Source of the DNA: Callorhinchus milii
Taxonomy: Eukaryota
Assembly (NCBI RefSeq): GCF_018977255.1
Contig: NW_024704742.1
Coordinates: forward strand, 131,876,001 to 131,940,000
Direction: 5' to 3'
Length of the DNA: 64,000 nt
Below, piece by piece: positions 1-12,752 of the stretch. Both the position numbers and the translations under genes were made by a program. The notes under the pieces were generated by a model that saw nothing but the letters and a program-made list of their open reading frames with translations, had not been told where the DNA came from and did no database searches. Numbering within the stretch: position 1 is the stretch's first letter; every line of letters begins with the position of its first letter.

Positions 1-1269
1 TTATTATTAAAGCACTCCAAGATGCTACCCTGTGGGAAGGGCACTATATAAACGCAAGTTGTTGTTATTATTATTATTCACTGGCTTAGAGAGAACATTC
101 CCTTGTGAGACAAGCCAGAGGCTGGATAGCACCCTTGAATCTCACAACAGCATTAATGAATACCTTCAAGAGAGGAAGGAATCTACTGGAAAAGCCCAAA
201 CATGTTAAAATGAGTGGGTGGTCACTTCACTTGGTATGACAATGAACTGATATAATTTCTTCACACAGAGGATTTTTTTTATTTGTCAGCTGGTGTTTGA
301 CACACGCGGGAACCCATCATCATGCTTAATAGTTGTGAAGATGTGGAAACCTCTGTTCCAGAAAGGTGTAGAGGCTGAATCAATAATAATAATAATAATA
401 ATAATAATACTCCTTGCATTTGATGTAACGCCTTATTGTTTCTTTGAGATGTCTCAAAGCGCTTCACACAATACACGGTAAAGTGAATTGATTATATTTT
501 GGAGCAAAAATAATAATAATAATCCTTGCATTTAATATAGCGCCTCTTCACGTCGTTGAGACGTCTCAAAGTGCTTCACAGAATATATTGTAAAGTGAAT
601 TGACTGTATATTTTATGGGCGAAACGCGGCATCCAATAATGCCCAGTAGTGTTCCACAAACAGTTATGCATTGAGCAACCAAATTTAAGGATATTTAAAA
701 GGGGGATAGCCAGTTAGTTGGATGGAGAAAATATTAAAGAGTGTGTGTGTGGGGGTATTGGGAGGGAGGGGGGAGCAGTGCATTGGGCTTAAAAGATCTA
801 CCAAAATTTAATGGAACAGGCTCAACGGGCTGAATTACCTCCTCCTGTTCCTGTTTTTCTTTATTCATAGGTTGAAGGAACCTATTATATAGTCTTAGAT
901 GAGAAAGGATATTTATATTATAATTCTTATAGTGCTTTCATAGATTCTCATTTAGGTTATCGTTCCACAGTTGTGCATTGGCTGCACATTTAACTCTCAG
1001 CTCCATTGAAGAGGTCCGAAGTGGAGCCTAGAGGATTATTTAAGATGCTAGGATGAAATGTCTGTCCTTATTTAACAATCATGGTTGTTTTATTCTAGAT
1101 CTTCAGTGAGATTTATAACCATACAATCATGTTTCAGATATTTCATTGCATGTTTAATGTATAAGTTCACAAACGGCATTGCTTTTCTGTGCAATACATA
1201 TTTTGCTCCTCATCTGTTTTACTCTGTACTTGGAGAATACTAGAATTAATAGCAGGACATTTACGGAAA

Positions 1270-1500
1270 AAGTCAAAAGAAATGCAGCAGCCAGTTGCGC
1301 TATGTCCAAATAACTGTGGAGTAAGAAACCAATTTTTTGTTGGAGGGGCGCAGGGGGCGGGATTGTTGGCCAGGACAACAGGAGAAATTCCCTTCTCTTT
1401 TCAAGTGTTGTCATGGGATCTTTAACATCCACCTGTACAGGTAGATGGGACTTCATTTAATGTCTCATCCGCAGAACATCCCCACTACTAGCACTGCATC
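1270..1500 (-). mobile_element. DeuSINE fragment (similar fragments at ~28530-28830, 51100-51270, 57780-58025, 59935-60205)
   Basis: CATGGGATCTTTAACATCCACCTG..AATGTCTCATCC. Confidence 0.75.
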
Positions 1501-3552
1501 TTAGACTAATTACCCACTGAGTAAAGAAAAGTTTCCCAGTGCTATCTTCAAATTGACGTTTGCAACTTTAAACCCATGTCAACTCTAAACCTACTCTTGG
1601 TGCATCGTAAAGTATAATTCCACGTTTATTTTTTCAATCCCATTTAACATTGTATACAAATTTATGAGGTCACCAAACTTTTTGTTTCTGCTGAATCCAG
1701 CTGAAACCCTCTTCGTACTAGAGATTGGTATGTGCACTGCTGTTTGTCCAGAAAGACCCATTAGGACAATGGCTCGGATGATTGTGAGAAATTGAATGGA
1801 ACAAATCTTTTTCCCCAGTCATTGTGCCTAGTATCAATACTCCAAGTCTCATTGATGAACCAAGCAAGCTTGCACAATCATCAGTGTTGGCCTGGTACAC
1901 CTGCCTCTATCGGATATTGCAACCACAAAATAGTGTTGCACTTTCCAATATACGCTATTACTTTATTTGTTTCCTGCCCTTCTTCGAAAGACATGCCATT
2001 ACGAAGTACTGATAAAATTACGTGACTTAATCTTCCAAGGTGTCTGTTGAGCAGTGCATTCTTATTTATTTGTTATTTGTTTATGATACATAAACAAGTT
2101 AGGCCAGTCCAAACTAGTTTCAGTATCTTTCAAAATAAATTATTAAAACATAAACTGATAACCTACTTTCCAAGAACTTTATCTACCTTGTTTCCTAACC
2201 CTGGTCTCTAGTTTGCTTATTATTGCACAGCAGCTCCACACTCAGAACCCATCAGGGATCTTAAGCTTTTTTCAGTTCACAAGCTGTATATCAGCACTTC
2301 AGGTGATATCAACCACAAGCTTTGACTCATCAAAACACTACAAGAAAACTCATTGTGTATTCCCGAACATAGATGAGCTACATAACGTTATCAGGTTTGA
2401 CAAAAGATACTGAGGGGAAAAAAAAAGGACAGAAATATATTTATTTTTGGTGGGGGGCAATGATTATTTTCTTATCTAAATGTTTCAGAACAGATTTAAT
2501 ACTTAACAAGCTGAACTGGAGCTAGGCAATATTGATGCCTGCAGGTAAATGCAATGATTGTTCCTGCTTTGAGTAGAGCTTAAACACAACCTATGCTTAC
2601 GCTGCTCACATGCACGTTTATGAGCTCAGATTTTTCACTGCGGTAGAAACTTTTGATTTAAAAACAAGTTTAATGACTCTTTTATCCAGCACAGTTGGTG
2701 TAAATTTGGATATAATTTCAATATTGGATCCATGCCAAATGGAGCAAAAGGCTGGCTTCAGAGGCAGTGGAAGTGGTTTTCCGTGAAACATCCTTCACTT
2801 AAACAATAATGCTTGCATTTGTTATAGTACTTTTCATACCGTGAGAGTGTCTCGAAGTGCTTTGGAAGAGTCCTGTAGCTCAATGGTTCGAGCATTCGGC
2901 TCGCAAGCAAGATTCTGTGAAGAATTTAGAGATGTCAAATGTTATGTTAAATGTAAGGATTATTATTATTAATATTATTAGCTACACCAGGGAGGCAACT
3001 CTGCTGCCGAGTAACACTGATTTCTCTGCTGGACTATAACTTTACACACCTTCATACCACTAACTTAGATCTCTCAAATGACCCTGCTGACACCGACAAA
3101 AGCAAGAGCGTGCATTTTGGAGGAATGAGAAGCCGTCGTGAGATTTCTGTTAAAAACAGGATAATTGCAGATATGATACACTGGAGCCAGCAAAACATCA
3201 CGCCATGTCAGTGCAGAATGTGTATCAGAATTTTAGCAAGCATTGTGTCTTGTTACTGGAGTCAGCTGATGTGAGAAAAGGTTAACTAATCTGGGGAGCT
3301 TTTGGTTTCCTCCTCGTAAATCTCTCACTGAAATAAATTGATGTTCTTGCACAATCTTCTGAGCAAATAAAGTATCAGCCTGGCTCCATTCTCACTGGGT
3401 CAATCGATTGCAGTTCAAACCCCACACCAGGATTTGAGTTTATAGTCTAAGCTGACACTCTAGCTCAATGCTGGGGTACACTGTAATGTTGGAGATACAG
3501 TTTCTTTGGATGAGATGTTAAACTGAGGTTCCATCTGCCTTTGTTCAGCTGG

Positions 3553-3822
3553 CTCTGGTCGTCTGCACGTCCCTCATCATCTCTGCTCCACCATTGGCAG
3601 CCGTGCTTTCAGCCACGAGTCCCCAAATCCCTGGAAATCTGCCTCAATCTTGCTCCCTCTCTTGGCCCATCTTCAAATCACAGCTGAAGACTTTTCTCTT
3701 CAACTTTCGGTCACCCCTCTTCCCTATCGAGCTCAAAACACAGGGGTGTCAACCACATCCATGTTAAGCGCTCCAAGACGCTACTTGAATGAAGGCCACT
3801 ATATAAATGCAAGTTGTTGTTA
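3553..3822 (+). mobile_element. L2 3' fragment inside a DeuSINE (DeuSINE at ~3375-3550 and ~3825-3920)
   Basis: CCACCATTGGCAGCCGTGCTTTCAGCC motif and tail CTATATAAATGCAAGTTGTTGTT. Confidence 0.75.
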
Positions 3823-3950
3823 TTGTGGTAAAGAAAGAAGGGAGTATCTCCTGTTGTCCTGGACAACAATCCTCTCGATTAACTAATTATTCATCTCATG
3901 GATATTTGAGACCTTGCAGGAAGGGCGGTTGATTTGGCATGCAAGCAAAA

Positions 3951-4165
3951 TAATAATAATATTAATAATAATCCTTGCATTTGATATAGCGCTTTTCACG
4001 TCTTCTAGACGTCCCAAAGCGCTTCACAGAATATACTGTAAAGTGAATTGACTGTATATTTGTGGGCGAACGCAGCAGCCAATTGCGCACAACAATGTCC
4101 CACAAACAGTCGTAGATTGAAAATGACCAATTTATTATTGTTTTTTTTTGGAGGGATTATTATTA
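3951..4165 (-). mobile_element. 3' two-thirds of a short-subfamily SINE
   Basis: (AAT)n tail, stem-loop and body up to GGAGGGATTATTATTA. Confidence 0.9.
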
Positions 4166-4347
4166 CTTTGTGTCAACCTGGCTCAAGTGGTAGTGATCTC
4201 ACCACTGAGTCAGAAGATTGTGGGTTCAAGCCCCAGTTCAGGACATAGAAGCTATTAGTCCATGCTAATACTCCAATGCAGTATCCTGGGATGTGTTGCA
4301 TTGTTGGAGGTGCTGTTCTTCAGATGAGACATAAACTGAGGTCCTAT
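4162..4347 (+). repeat. Local duplicate of 5284-5470 (DeuSINE 5' part plus flank)
   Basis: Shared ATTACTTTGT flank and far higher identity than to other DeuSINE copies. Confidence 0.85.
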
Positions 4348-4385
4348 ATGAGCGTTGTGGAGTATAGTTTTATAGGAGGGTCTTT

Positions 4386-4421
4386 TATATATATATATAC
4401 TATATATATAAATATATATAT
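4386..4421. repeat. (TA)n microsatellite, interrupted
   Basis: Direct inspection. Confidence 0.9.
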
Positions 4422-5294
4422 TACTCTTTCTTCTGCATGATCATAAGCTGTTAAACATGCATTGCAGATCTATACAGCGCACATTGATCTTAGAACCACA
4501 GAGATTTACAGCAAAATCTGGAAAAGAAAAGGTAAAAGAAGAAGACCATTTGGCCCATTGTGTCTGAGCTGGCTCTTTAAAAGAGCAATCAAGTAGTCAC
4601 CTCCTTTGGTTGCCACCTTCAGCTCAAGTGCCCAGCCAGCAGTGTCAAGCACTTTGAGATATCCTCTCGTTGTGAAAGGCGCTGTCATTCACAAAGTCTT
4701 GACGCCCTCATTTTTTTTGCTGCACTGCACTGACCAACAACTGAAACATGTGGAAAATTTATGATAATTGTATTTAAAAATACTTAATTGTATTCAGTAC
4801 AAGTTGCTTAATTGTCTTTAGACGTCCAGACGATTCGTGTGTGTGAGTGTCATCATTTTAATGGCAGATATTTGTCAGTGTGACATCTTCCGTAACATGG
4901 CTGGAGTGAGGAGGAAGTTACTGGGATCAGAACTTGTTACACTTCACTCATCTGCAGCAGAAAATACCAATTCAATGTGAGAAATAAACAGGGTTGGTAA
5001 CAGAATGTTGTGAACACACTGTATATGTTTCTGTCTTTTCACCGTACCCTTTCACATTTTTCCTTTTCAAATAATTGTCCAATTCCCTCTTAAAAGCTGA
5101 TGTGGATTCTGCCTCGGCCATAGTTTCAGGTAGGACATTTCATGTACAAGCTCCTGTGTGAAGCACTTTAAGACATCCTCCTGCCGTGAAAGGTGGCATG
5201 CAAACATGTGTGGCTATCATTGTTGTAAAGAACTCTCCGTGTAAAAATATTTCTCCTTCTCCATCTCATTATTCTTTTGTCAAATTACTTTGTA

Positions 5295-5730
5295 TCAACC
5301 TGGCTCAAGTGGTAGTGATCTCACCATTGAGTCAGAAGATTGTGGGTTCAAGGCCCAGTTCGGGACATAGAAGCACTATAGTCCATGCTAATACTCCAAT
5401 GCAGTGTCCTGGGATGTGCTGCATTGTTGGAGGTGCTGTCCTTCAGATGAGGCGTAAACTGAGGTCCTATCTACCTCTTCAGGTGGACATTAAAGATCCC
5501 ATAACACTGTTTGAAAAGACAAGGGAGTTTCTTCCAATATCCTGGCCAGCATTCCCCAAATAAATTGGAAATTCACTCCATGGCTACTTTTGGGACGTCA
5601 CTGTGCAAATTAGCTGCCAGGTTTGCCCACATAATTCACAGTCATACCATTTTACAGCATATACTGTGAATCGTTTTGAGACATTTCGATGACGTGACAA
5701 GACATTATATCAAATGCAAGTATTATTATA
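5295..5730 (+). mobile_element. DeuSINE (SacSINE1/AmnSINE-like), near complete
   Basis: tRNA-like head (TGGCTCAAGTGG..GGTTCAAG). Deu-domain-like GGAGGTGCTGTCCTTCAGATGAGGCGTAAACTGAGGTCC..AAAGATCCCAT. L2-type tail. Confidence 0.85.
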
Positions 5731-7107
5731 TTCACAGTATATTATATTAATTGATATAAGTTTCTGTGTTGTGATTCAGAATTGCTCTCCGCACTCAGGG
5801 CTGTAACGGGTTTTAAAACCGGTTGTTTTGAAAGGCACTTGCTGAGTCTGCTGTAGCTGTACTGATCCACATCCGTTCTTAACTGGTAGACGTGCTTTGG
5901 GTGTGTTAGAGCAAGAGTTAAGCAGCATCACCCTTGGGATCAGATGTAATTAAGGTGAGCAAGCAGCTGAGTCTGTAACAACTAGTGATTTGCCAGGATG
6001 TCACTTTTTTTNCTGCTTAGCTGGGATTTACAGTAGCTTTTATTTTCCTGGTAGTGATATGGGAGATGGGGCTAGGCTTTAAAGTCCGTACAGAATTAAG
6101 GCAACACCAATTTTGATTTCTCTGGTATTGGTTGACTTCAGGCACCCTGCCCAAGTGACCATTGTTTCTGAAGACTTTCCTCTTTGACCGTGTCTACGGT
6201 CACCTCCCCTCTTCCTGACTCGGCCACTGTTAAGCGCTCCAAGACACTACATTGCCTGAAGGGAGCTATATACATGCATGTTGTTGTTGTGTGAGCTTGG
6301 CAGTGAGTTTCGGCAAGCCACTCGACTGGAGAGAGATCCATCTTTGTTCTACAACAACAACAAATTGCATTTATACAGCGCTACTCTCACAGGATAGTGT
6401 CTCAGACCACTTAAAACCTGTCTGCCATACACACACACACATAACCAGTAGATTGTGCTCTAGAGAGACCAGGAGCAGCAATCTTGGCCAGTTGTTCCCT
6501 CTCTGACACAGGGGCCAATTTTACCCCTTCCGTTGGTAAGGCCTTTGTTAAGTATTGGTGTTTAGTGCGATCTTACTAGTAATAACAGTAATGATTAATC
6601 CTTGCATTTGATATAGGGTCTTTCACATAAGAAGTTGTCTCCAAGTGTTTTACAGGATTCTTCGTAAAGTTTAGTGATATATGTTTTAGTTATAATAACT
6701 TGCATTTATTTAGTGTGTGTAATGAAAATAATTGTTTCAAAGTGCTCTGCAAAGGCCAGTTGATTTGAAATGAAGATTTGTTTTAATTATTGTATAGGCA
6801 TGTAACCGTGACATAGAATGCTCTGTCATTCAGTTTAGACTAATCTTGTAATACCCTGGCCAGCCACTAGTGGCTCTGGCACATTCTCCTCCCTTGTCCC
6901 AACCCATCTCCAAACTGATCCACCAACATCCTGGATTTCTCAGTGTTGCAATGAGAAGCTTTTTTTTCTTTCGATTTCAAAACAATCGGGTAGGTATTAC
7001 TTTTGTTTTAGGGTAACTTGTTTTCTGGGATATACCTTCAGGTGATAATAATCTCAATCACCACTGCTCAGAAAATGTTATAATTGAGGTTGAGCGGAAG
7101 ATATACT

Positions 7108-7497
7108 TTTCTTTGGTCAGCCGGGTGTCTGACACATGTGGAAACTCGTCACCTACTTAAGAGCATCCAAATCAGACTGAGTTCCATGTATCCCAACGGA
7201 CCATGAAAATTCCCCTGTTTGGAATGGAATGCATACTCTCTCTCTCACTCTCTTTCTGGAGGGACGCAACCTGCTTACTGACTTCTAGAGAATAGGTTGG
7301 CAAGAGCCAAGGTTTGGGATCCTAGAGTGTGTGCTGCTTAATAAAGCTGCATAGCATGATATTGAAAGCACAGTCTGGCAAGTTTTCCCACTGATTGTCC
7401 AGCTAGGACCACCCTACCCATTAGGGCTAGGCCTATGGCTTGCAGGGTTAACTTCCCTTAACAGAAGTTGAGGGAGCAGAATCCCTGTTCCCAGTAG
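7108..7497 (-). repeat. Family X, 3' two-thirds
   Basis: TTTGGTCAGCCGGGTGTCTGACAC..CAGCTAGGACCACCCTACCC. Confidence 0.85.
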
Positions 7498-8295
7498 TGG
7501 AAGATCATGCTTAGAATCATACACTACTCTTATCACTCAATCCCCTCCATCAATTTCTTCACCAAATAGCTATTCAATTCCTTCTTGAATGCAGACACCA
7601 ATCTGCCTCCACAGCCGTTCTGGGTAGTGTGTTCCACATATTTGGCAATCTGGATGCAAGGCTCTGGATTGAATTCAAATTATTCTGCTTCCTGTCCCTC
7701 TTTCGAGCTGGAGTCCGTGCCTCTGTGTTGTGGGGAGCTCCGAATGTTCACCGTGCTGAGCCGTGGCATCACCGTGGGCTGGTAAGATCGTACTGCATTT
7801 AGATAGGCTTTGGGTACTTAAATGTTCCGAATGTATCGGGGGTTCCATGTAATGAGAGCAAACGGAAAGCAATTTGGCAGGCTGGAATCTGGAAACAGCC
7901 AGGCATTCATCTAAGGATGTCTGAACAGCAATGCATTACTGTGGGGCGCACTTAACCAGGAAGTGATACAAAAGAAATCGAGCTTGTCACCGTTCCGTTT
8001 TGCAGAAGATACATGTCAACAGCCCAGCTAATGATCTAAAACTGGAAAAAAAGACATCGACAGTGTTTGTCTTGTTGTCACAATGATATCTCAGCTCTCA
8101 GCTGCACAGGAGTCTGAATGGCTGCATCAGATGTGTGCATAGTGCTGTAGCAGAGCCTTAGCAGCTGTTTTGGTGACAAGAAGATTAGGAATATTTAATG
8201 TTTGTCACTTACGTTGTTAATTAATTAATCTATTAAATCTGATAAACTGCTAAAGCTCAACCAATAAGTATATTTTTTATATAGGTTGATCTGTT

Positions 8296-8703
8296 TATTT
8301 TTGGTCAGCCAGTTGTCTGGCAAGTACTGAAACCCATCACCATGCTTAAGAATGTTCTCCTTGGGAAGGGGGAAGAGGGGAAAAGGATAAGCAGTGTCCC
8401 TTTGGAGCCAAACTGGCTCAAAGATGACATGCTTCACAACCGAATGTCGGAATCAGCTCAACCCTCTGTGGAAGTTTCGGAAGTTCAGTTCCTGAGCCAG
8501 TCGGGTCCACGGTACCCCAGGGCACTGCTGATGACAGACCAGACAGCCTGGCTCGTCGGCAGGACTTGGAAGGGCAGACCAGTCACTGAGGGAGGGATTC
8601 TTCCCACTCAGCTCCCATTAACCCTGCGAGCCAAAGCCCTAACAGGCAGGGTGGTCTTAGCTAGACAAGCAGCGGGGAAGCTTGCCAGACAGCGCTTTCA
8701 ATA
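8296..8703. repeat. Family X: 3' terminus (minus, 8296-8350) fused to 5' half (plus, 8351-8703)
   Basis: TTTTTGGTCAGCCAGTTGTCTG..CATGCTTAAG is followed directly by the G-rich start and GGGATTCTTCCCACTCAG. Confidence 0.8.
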
Positions 8704-10702
8704 GGAGCACGATGCGATAATAATGTCCTGCAGTCGATATACTGCCTATGTCGTCGAGGTGTCTTAAAGCACTTCACAGGATTTTACTGTGAAGTGTAGT
8801 TATAGGCAAAAGCAACTCTACAACTGTATTTGTAGGCAAACATGGCAATTAATTTGTACACAGCAACGTTCCACAATCAGCCATGAAGTGAATGATCAAT
8901 TTTATCTGGTACAGACACATTATCAGGGAGAGAAATAGGAAACAGTAAACTGAACTCCAGTTCTTACCAATCAAAAGTGACTGTTGTGAGATGCTTGGTG
9001 GGGGTGTGAAGGTGACTTTATTTTACGGGTTGAATTTCTCAGCCCCTACCATTGACGTAGACTGGACCACCACTGTTTCAGAACTGCCAGCAACTGTGCC
9101 AATCATTCCCTGCATGAATGCCTCTTAACATCCATGCTCACTTAGTGAATTAGGAAGAGAATAACCAGGACCCTCTGAGGAGCCGCTGGAGCCTGCGTGA
9201 GTTGACAAGATGCACCAGCTCGCTGGACATCAATCCAAATGTTGCTAATCCATAAGCAACGTTCATTATTTCACACCCAAATAAAGCCCTGCATTGCAAT
9301 GAAGCCTCAGCAGGCTTATCATAATCCTTTCTTCACACAAGGACATGTCTAGACGCAGTGGAGACACAAGATAGACTTCACCTGCTTTGCCAAATATGTA
9401 CCATCGTACGTGGGGGAACTTCAAAACATTGTGGTGACACTGTTGATACAGACAGTGAAGTCATGCACAGCTACTGTTCGAGGCTTTCTTTAAGGCCAGC
9501 AACATTACCGTAAGAAGAATCCTTGCATTTGACGGTCTACTGTCTTGGTGCATCCTAAAGTATTGCGGGTTTACTTTTAAAATCCCATGGACCTGACAGC
9601 TAACCTCATAACCCTCTTCTCATTCATGGTGCAGTCTTTAGTTAGTCTGTAATAATAATAATCCTTGCATTTGATGTAGCACCTTATCACGTCTTCGATA
9701 CATCTCAAAGCGTGCCACAGAATATTCTATGACGTGAATTCACTGTATATTTTGTGGGAGAAACTTTAAGCTTTCGAACGGGAGTAGAATGAGAATTGAC
9801 TTTTATTTGATCTATATTGGGAAAGCAGGTTATTTTTATTAATATTTCCAGATTACATGCGGCTTATATTTCTTGCCTCAAGCACACATTTGCTCTTCGG
9901 CTCCCACCATTAATTTGCCTGTTTCTTTTTAATCATCTCAGCCATGTAATTTCAGTATCAATCTTGCATTTGCTTTGTGCTGTTCATTAATTGCTTTGCC
10001 GAGATCATTAGCAACTTGTTCTTGCCAAGCGATGATGCTACACTGTTTACTACCACTGAATAAATAATTAGGGAAACTTCTGAAACTAAGATGGGATATA
10101 TTTCCAATAAGGAGGTTTAGTAAAATCATTTGGTTTGTGCGTTTGTCCCTTGCAGCAGCACAAAGGGGGGAAGGGAAAAAGAAGCATCATATCACTAAAA
10201 TGTATTTGCCTGTATTTTCTAACAAAAAGAGGAGCGAGTCTGTTGAAAGGAAATCAATTGCGTTCACACAGCACTCAGATGCAGTAAAGTCTGCAGTATT
10301 TTAACACAAGGAACACATTATGAAACGCTGCAAACTTTATTGCAGCAGAACCATAGACATTTTCTGCACAGAAGAAGCCCATTTGGCACATTGCTCGCTC
10401 TGTGAACAAGCAATCCATTCAGTCCCATTTACCTGTCTTTCTCGCCTGCAAATTATTTTAGAATAATAATCTGATATAACGCCTTAACAACTCGTCAAGA
10501 TGTCTCAAAGTACCTCACGGGATTCACTGCAAAGTGTAGTGACTGTGTGCTTTGCAGGCGAAATACACAGTCCCTTCCTCTGCAGTGCAGTACTGCTGCA
10601 TTGCTAGACTAAACCCCACAATAGAACACAAGTTGAAATCATGCATCTTTACCAGCAGAAATCAGGCATTTCACCTCTAGCTCAGTGTACAGATATATTT
10701 TG

Positions 10703-11058
10703 CCTGTATCTCAGTGGTAAGAGCACTCGCCTCACAAGCGAGAGAACCTTTGTTCAATTCCAGGCAGGGCGAAATGTTGGGCAAGTTTCCTTACTCCACA
10801 CAGCTTTGTTTACCTAGCAGTAAGTAGGAACTTGGTTGTTAGTCGATCGGCGGATCGCTTTCCCGGAGTTAATAATTCCTTAAAAAAAATTGGTCACTTC
10901 ATTCCATGACTGTTTGTGGGACACTACTGTGCACGATAAGCTGCCACGTTTCGCCCACAAAATATACATTAAATTCGCTTTACAGTATATTCTGTGAAGC
11001 GCTTTGAGATGTCTTGAAGACTTGATAAGACGCTATATCAAATACAAGGATCATTATT
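10703..11058 (+). mobile_element. tRNA-derived SINE, older long subfamily with an extra ~55-nt internal segment
   Basis: Same head and tail as the short form, plus GTTTACCTAGCAGTAAGTAGGAAC..TTAGTCGATCGGCGGATCGCTTTCC. Confidence 0.9.
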
Positions 11059-11329
11059 TTTTTCCTTTGCAGCAAGTATTTCTTCTGATGTAAAAATGAT
11101 ATAAATGGCTGACAAAGTGTCTAACTGAGGGGAACAGAATTGCATTGTAGAAAAACTAGAACTATCCTCATTAATAATCCTTACAATTTAATATAGTGTC
11201 TTATCACGTTATTGACACGCTTCATAGCACTTCACAGGATGTAATGTAAAGTCACTTGACTGTGTGTTTTATGGGCAAAATGTCCCCCATCCCATAGAAA
11301 GATGCCTCTCCTAGGTTCCTATCCTGTTT

Positions 11330-11740
11330 ATAATGAAAATTCCTGTCGGGCTCAACAGCCACAAAGGCCCTGGACAGTGAGGGGTTTGCACCCGAGCTAT
11401 GAGTTAGATTTAAGAGGGGTGGAAGGTAAGGCAGATGGAGGTGGGAAGATGACTGAAGACATAGTTGAAGAGTAAGATCTTGAGATGGGTCTTGAAGGAG
11501 GCAAGGGATGGGATGAGGCAGAAGGGACCCAGCATGGAGTTCCAGAGGAAAGGGGCAGAAAGGCTGAAGGCCTGACCCCTGATGGTGGAGTGGGGAGGGC
11601 AAGGGATGTGTAGCAATTGAATGCTTGCTGAGCGGTAGAGAGGAGCAAGACCGTGGAGGGCTTTGAAGTTGAGGACAAGGATCTTGAACTTGATCCTATG
11701 GGGGACTGGAGCCAATGAAGCTGGAAAAGGATGAAATGAA
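11330..11740 (-). mobile_element. L2 3' fragment
   Basis: ORF 11410..11715 (RIKFKILVLNFKALHGLAP...FLWNS...FKTHLK). Confidence 0.85.
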
Positions 11741-12317
11741 CTTCATCCTAAACATCGTTAATTATTAATAATTATGTTATAAATATCGGCTTGATCCTCA
11801 ACAAAAGATGAACAAATGTCAACCGCAGAGTACAGTGGATGAGCTGCCATGTACTTGATAATTCTGTTAATTTGGCAAAGTGCCACTTAATTTTCAATGT
11901 TATTCACCACAGCATTATTTGGTATGAGACTGAAGAGCATCACAAGAAAGACTGTGCGTTTTAGTAACAATACTCAAATAAATCACGTGGCCAACAACAC
12001 TTTCATCATGACTGGAGTGTCAAGTTGAATGATTCCCTATTTTAAAAGAACACAATCCATTTACGTGCATGCCCATCTGCATGGGAGATTTACCTACACG
12101 CATTTTCTTTTTGATAGCATGGTGATGTTAAACCTTGGTTGAAAAATGCCTCAGTGCCTTTCACGGATAATACTGGAACTAGAAGTGTAGAACGTAAAAT
12201 TTTGCTCACAAAATATGCAGTCAATTCATTTTACAGTATATTCTGTGAAGCGCTTTGAGATGTCGTGAAGTTGTGATAAGGGGCTATATCAAATGCAAGG
12301 ATTATATTTATATATTT

Positions 12318-12752
12318 AACATTCCTCAATGGGGGAAGGGGCTTTGGGGAGAGGTAAACAGGCTCTCCTTGGGTCTGAGCTACCTGCAAGGTTACATGTT
12401 TGGCAACGGAATGTCAGAAGCGATTCGATCCCCTTCACAGCAGTCTCAGTAGACAAATCCTGAGCCAGATAGGTCTACCGTACTCCAGGGCACTGTGATA
12501 ACAAGCCAAGTCACTGGGAGCAGGGATTCTTCCCACTCTGCTGTCGTTAAGCATGCAAGCCAAGACCCTGATGGGTAGGGTGGTCCTAGCTGAACAAGAA
12601 GCGCAAACCTTACCAGACGACACTCTCAATTTGCACGCTCTATGGTTTTAGTTGGTTAAACTCCAGCAGTACCCCAACACACAAACTGGGGGTGCCCCAT
12701 GTTTTGGCTCTCACCAATTTGTGGCTAATTCTCTCCGGAATTAGGTAAGTAA
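12318..12752 (+). repeat. Family X, 5' two-thirds (further fragments at 273-330, 27652-27787, 31925-32133, 32364-32622, 58365-58486, 59150-59300)
   Basis: GGGATTCTTCCCACTC..GGGTAGGGTGGTCCTAGC..GGTTAAACTCCAGCAGTACCCC. Confidence 0.85.

Noticed and set aside
6012..6012. Single N base
   Set aside because: Assembly ambiguity in a T run with no biological meaning.
7690..7790. Exon in CpG-rich patch (plus-strand CTG|GTAAGA donor, or minus-strand terminal exon)
   Set aside because: Acceptors are weak on both strands and no frame gives a recognisable peptide.
8528..8575. Hammerhead ribozyme in family X (CTGATGA)
   Set aside because: No GAAA follows a stem II, there is no cleavage-site helix, and the CTGATGA is itself base-paired.
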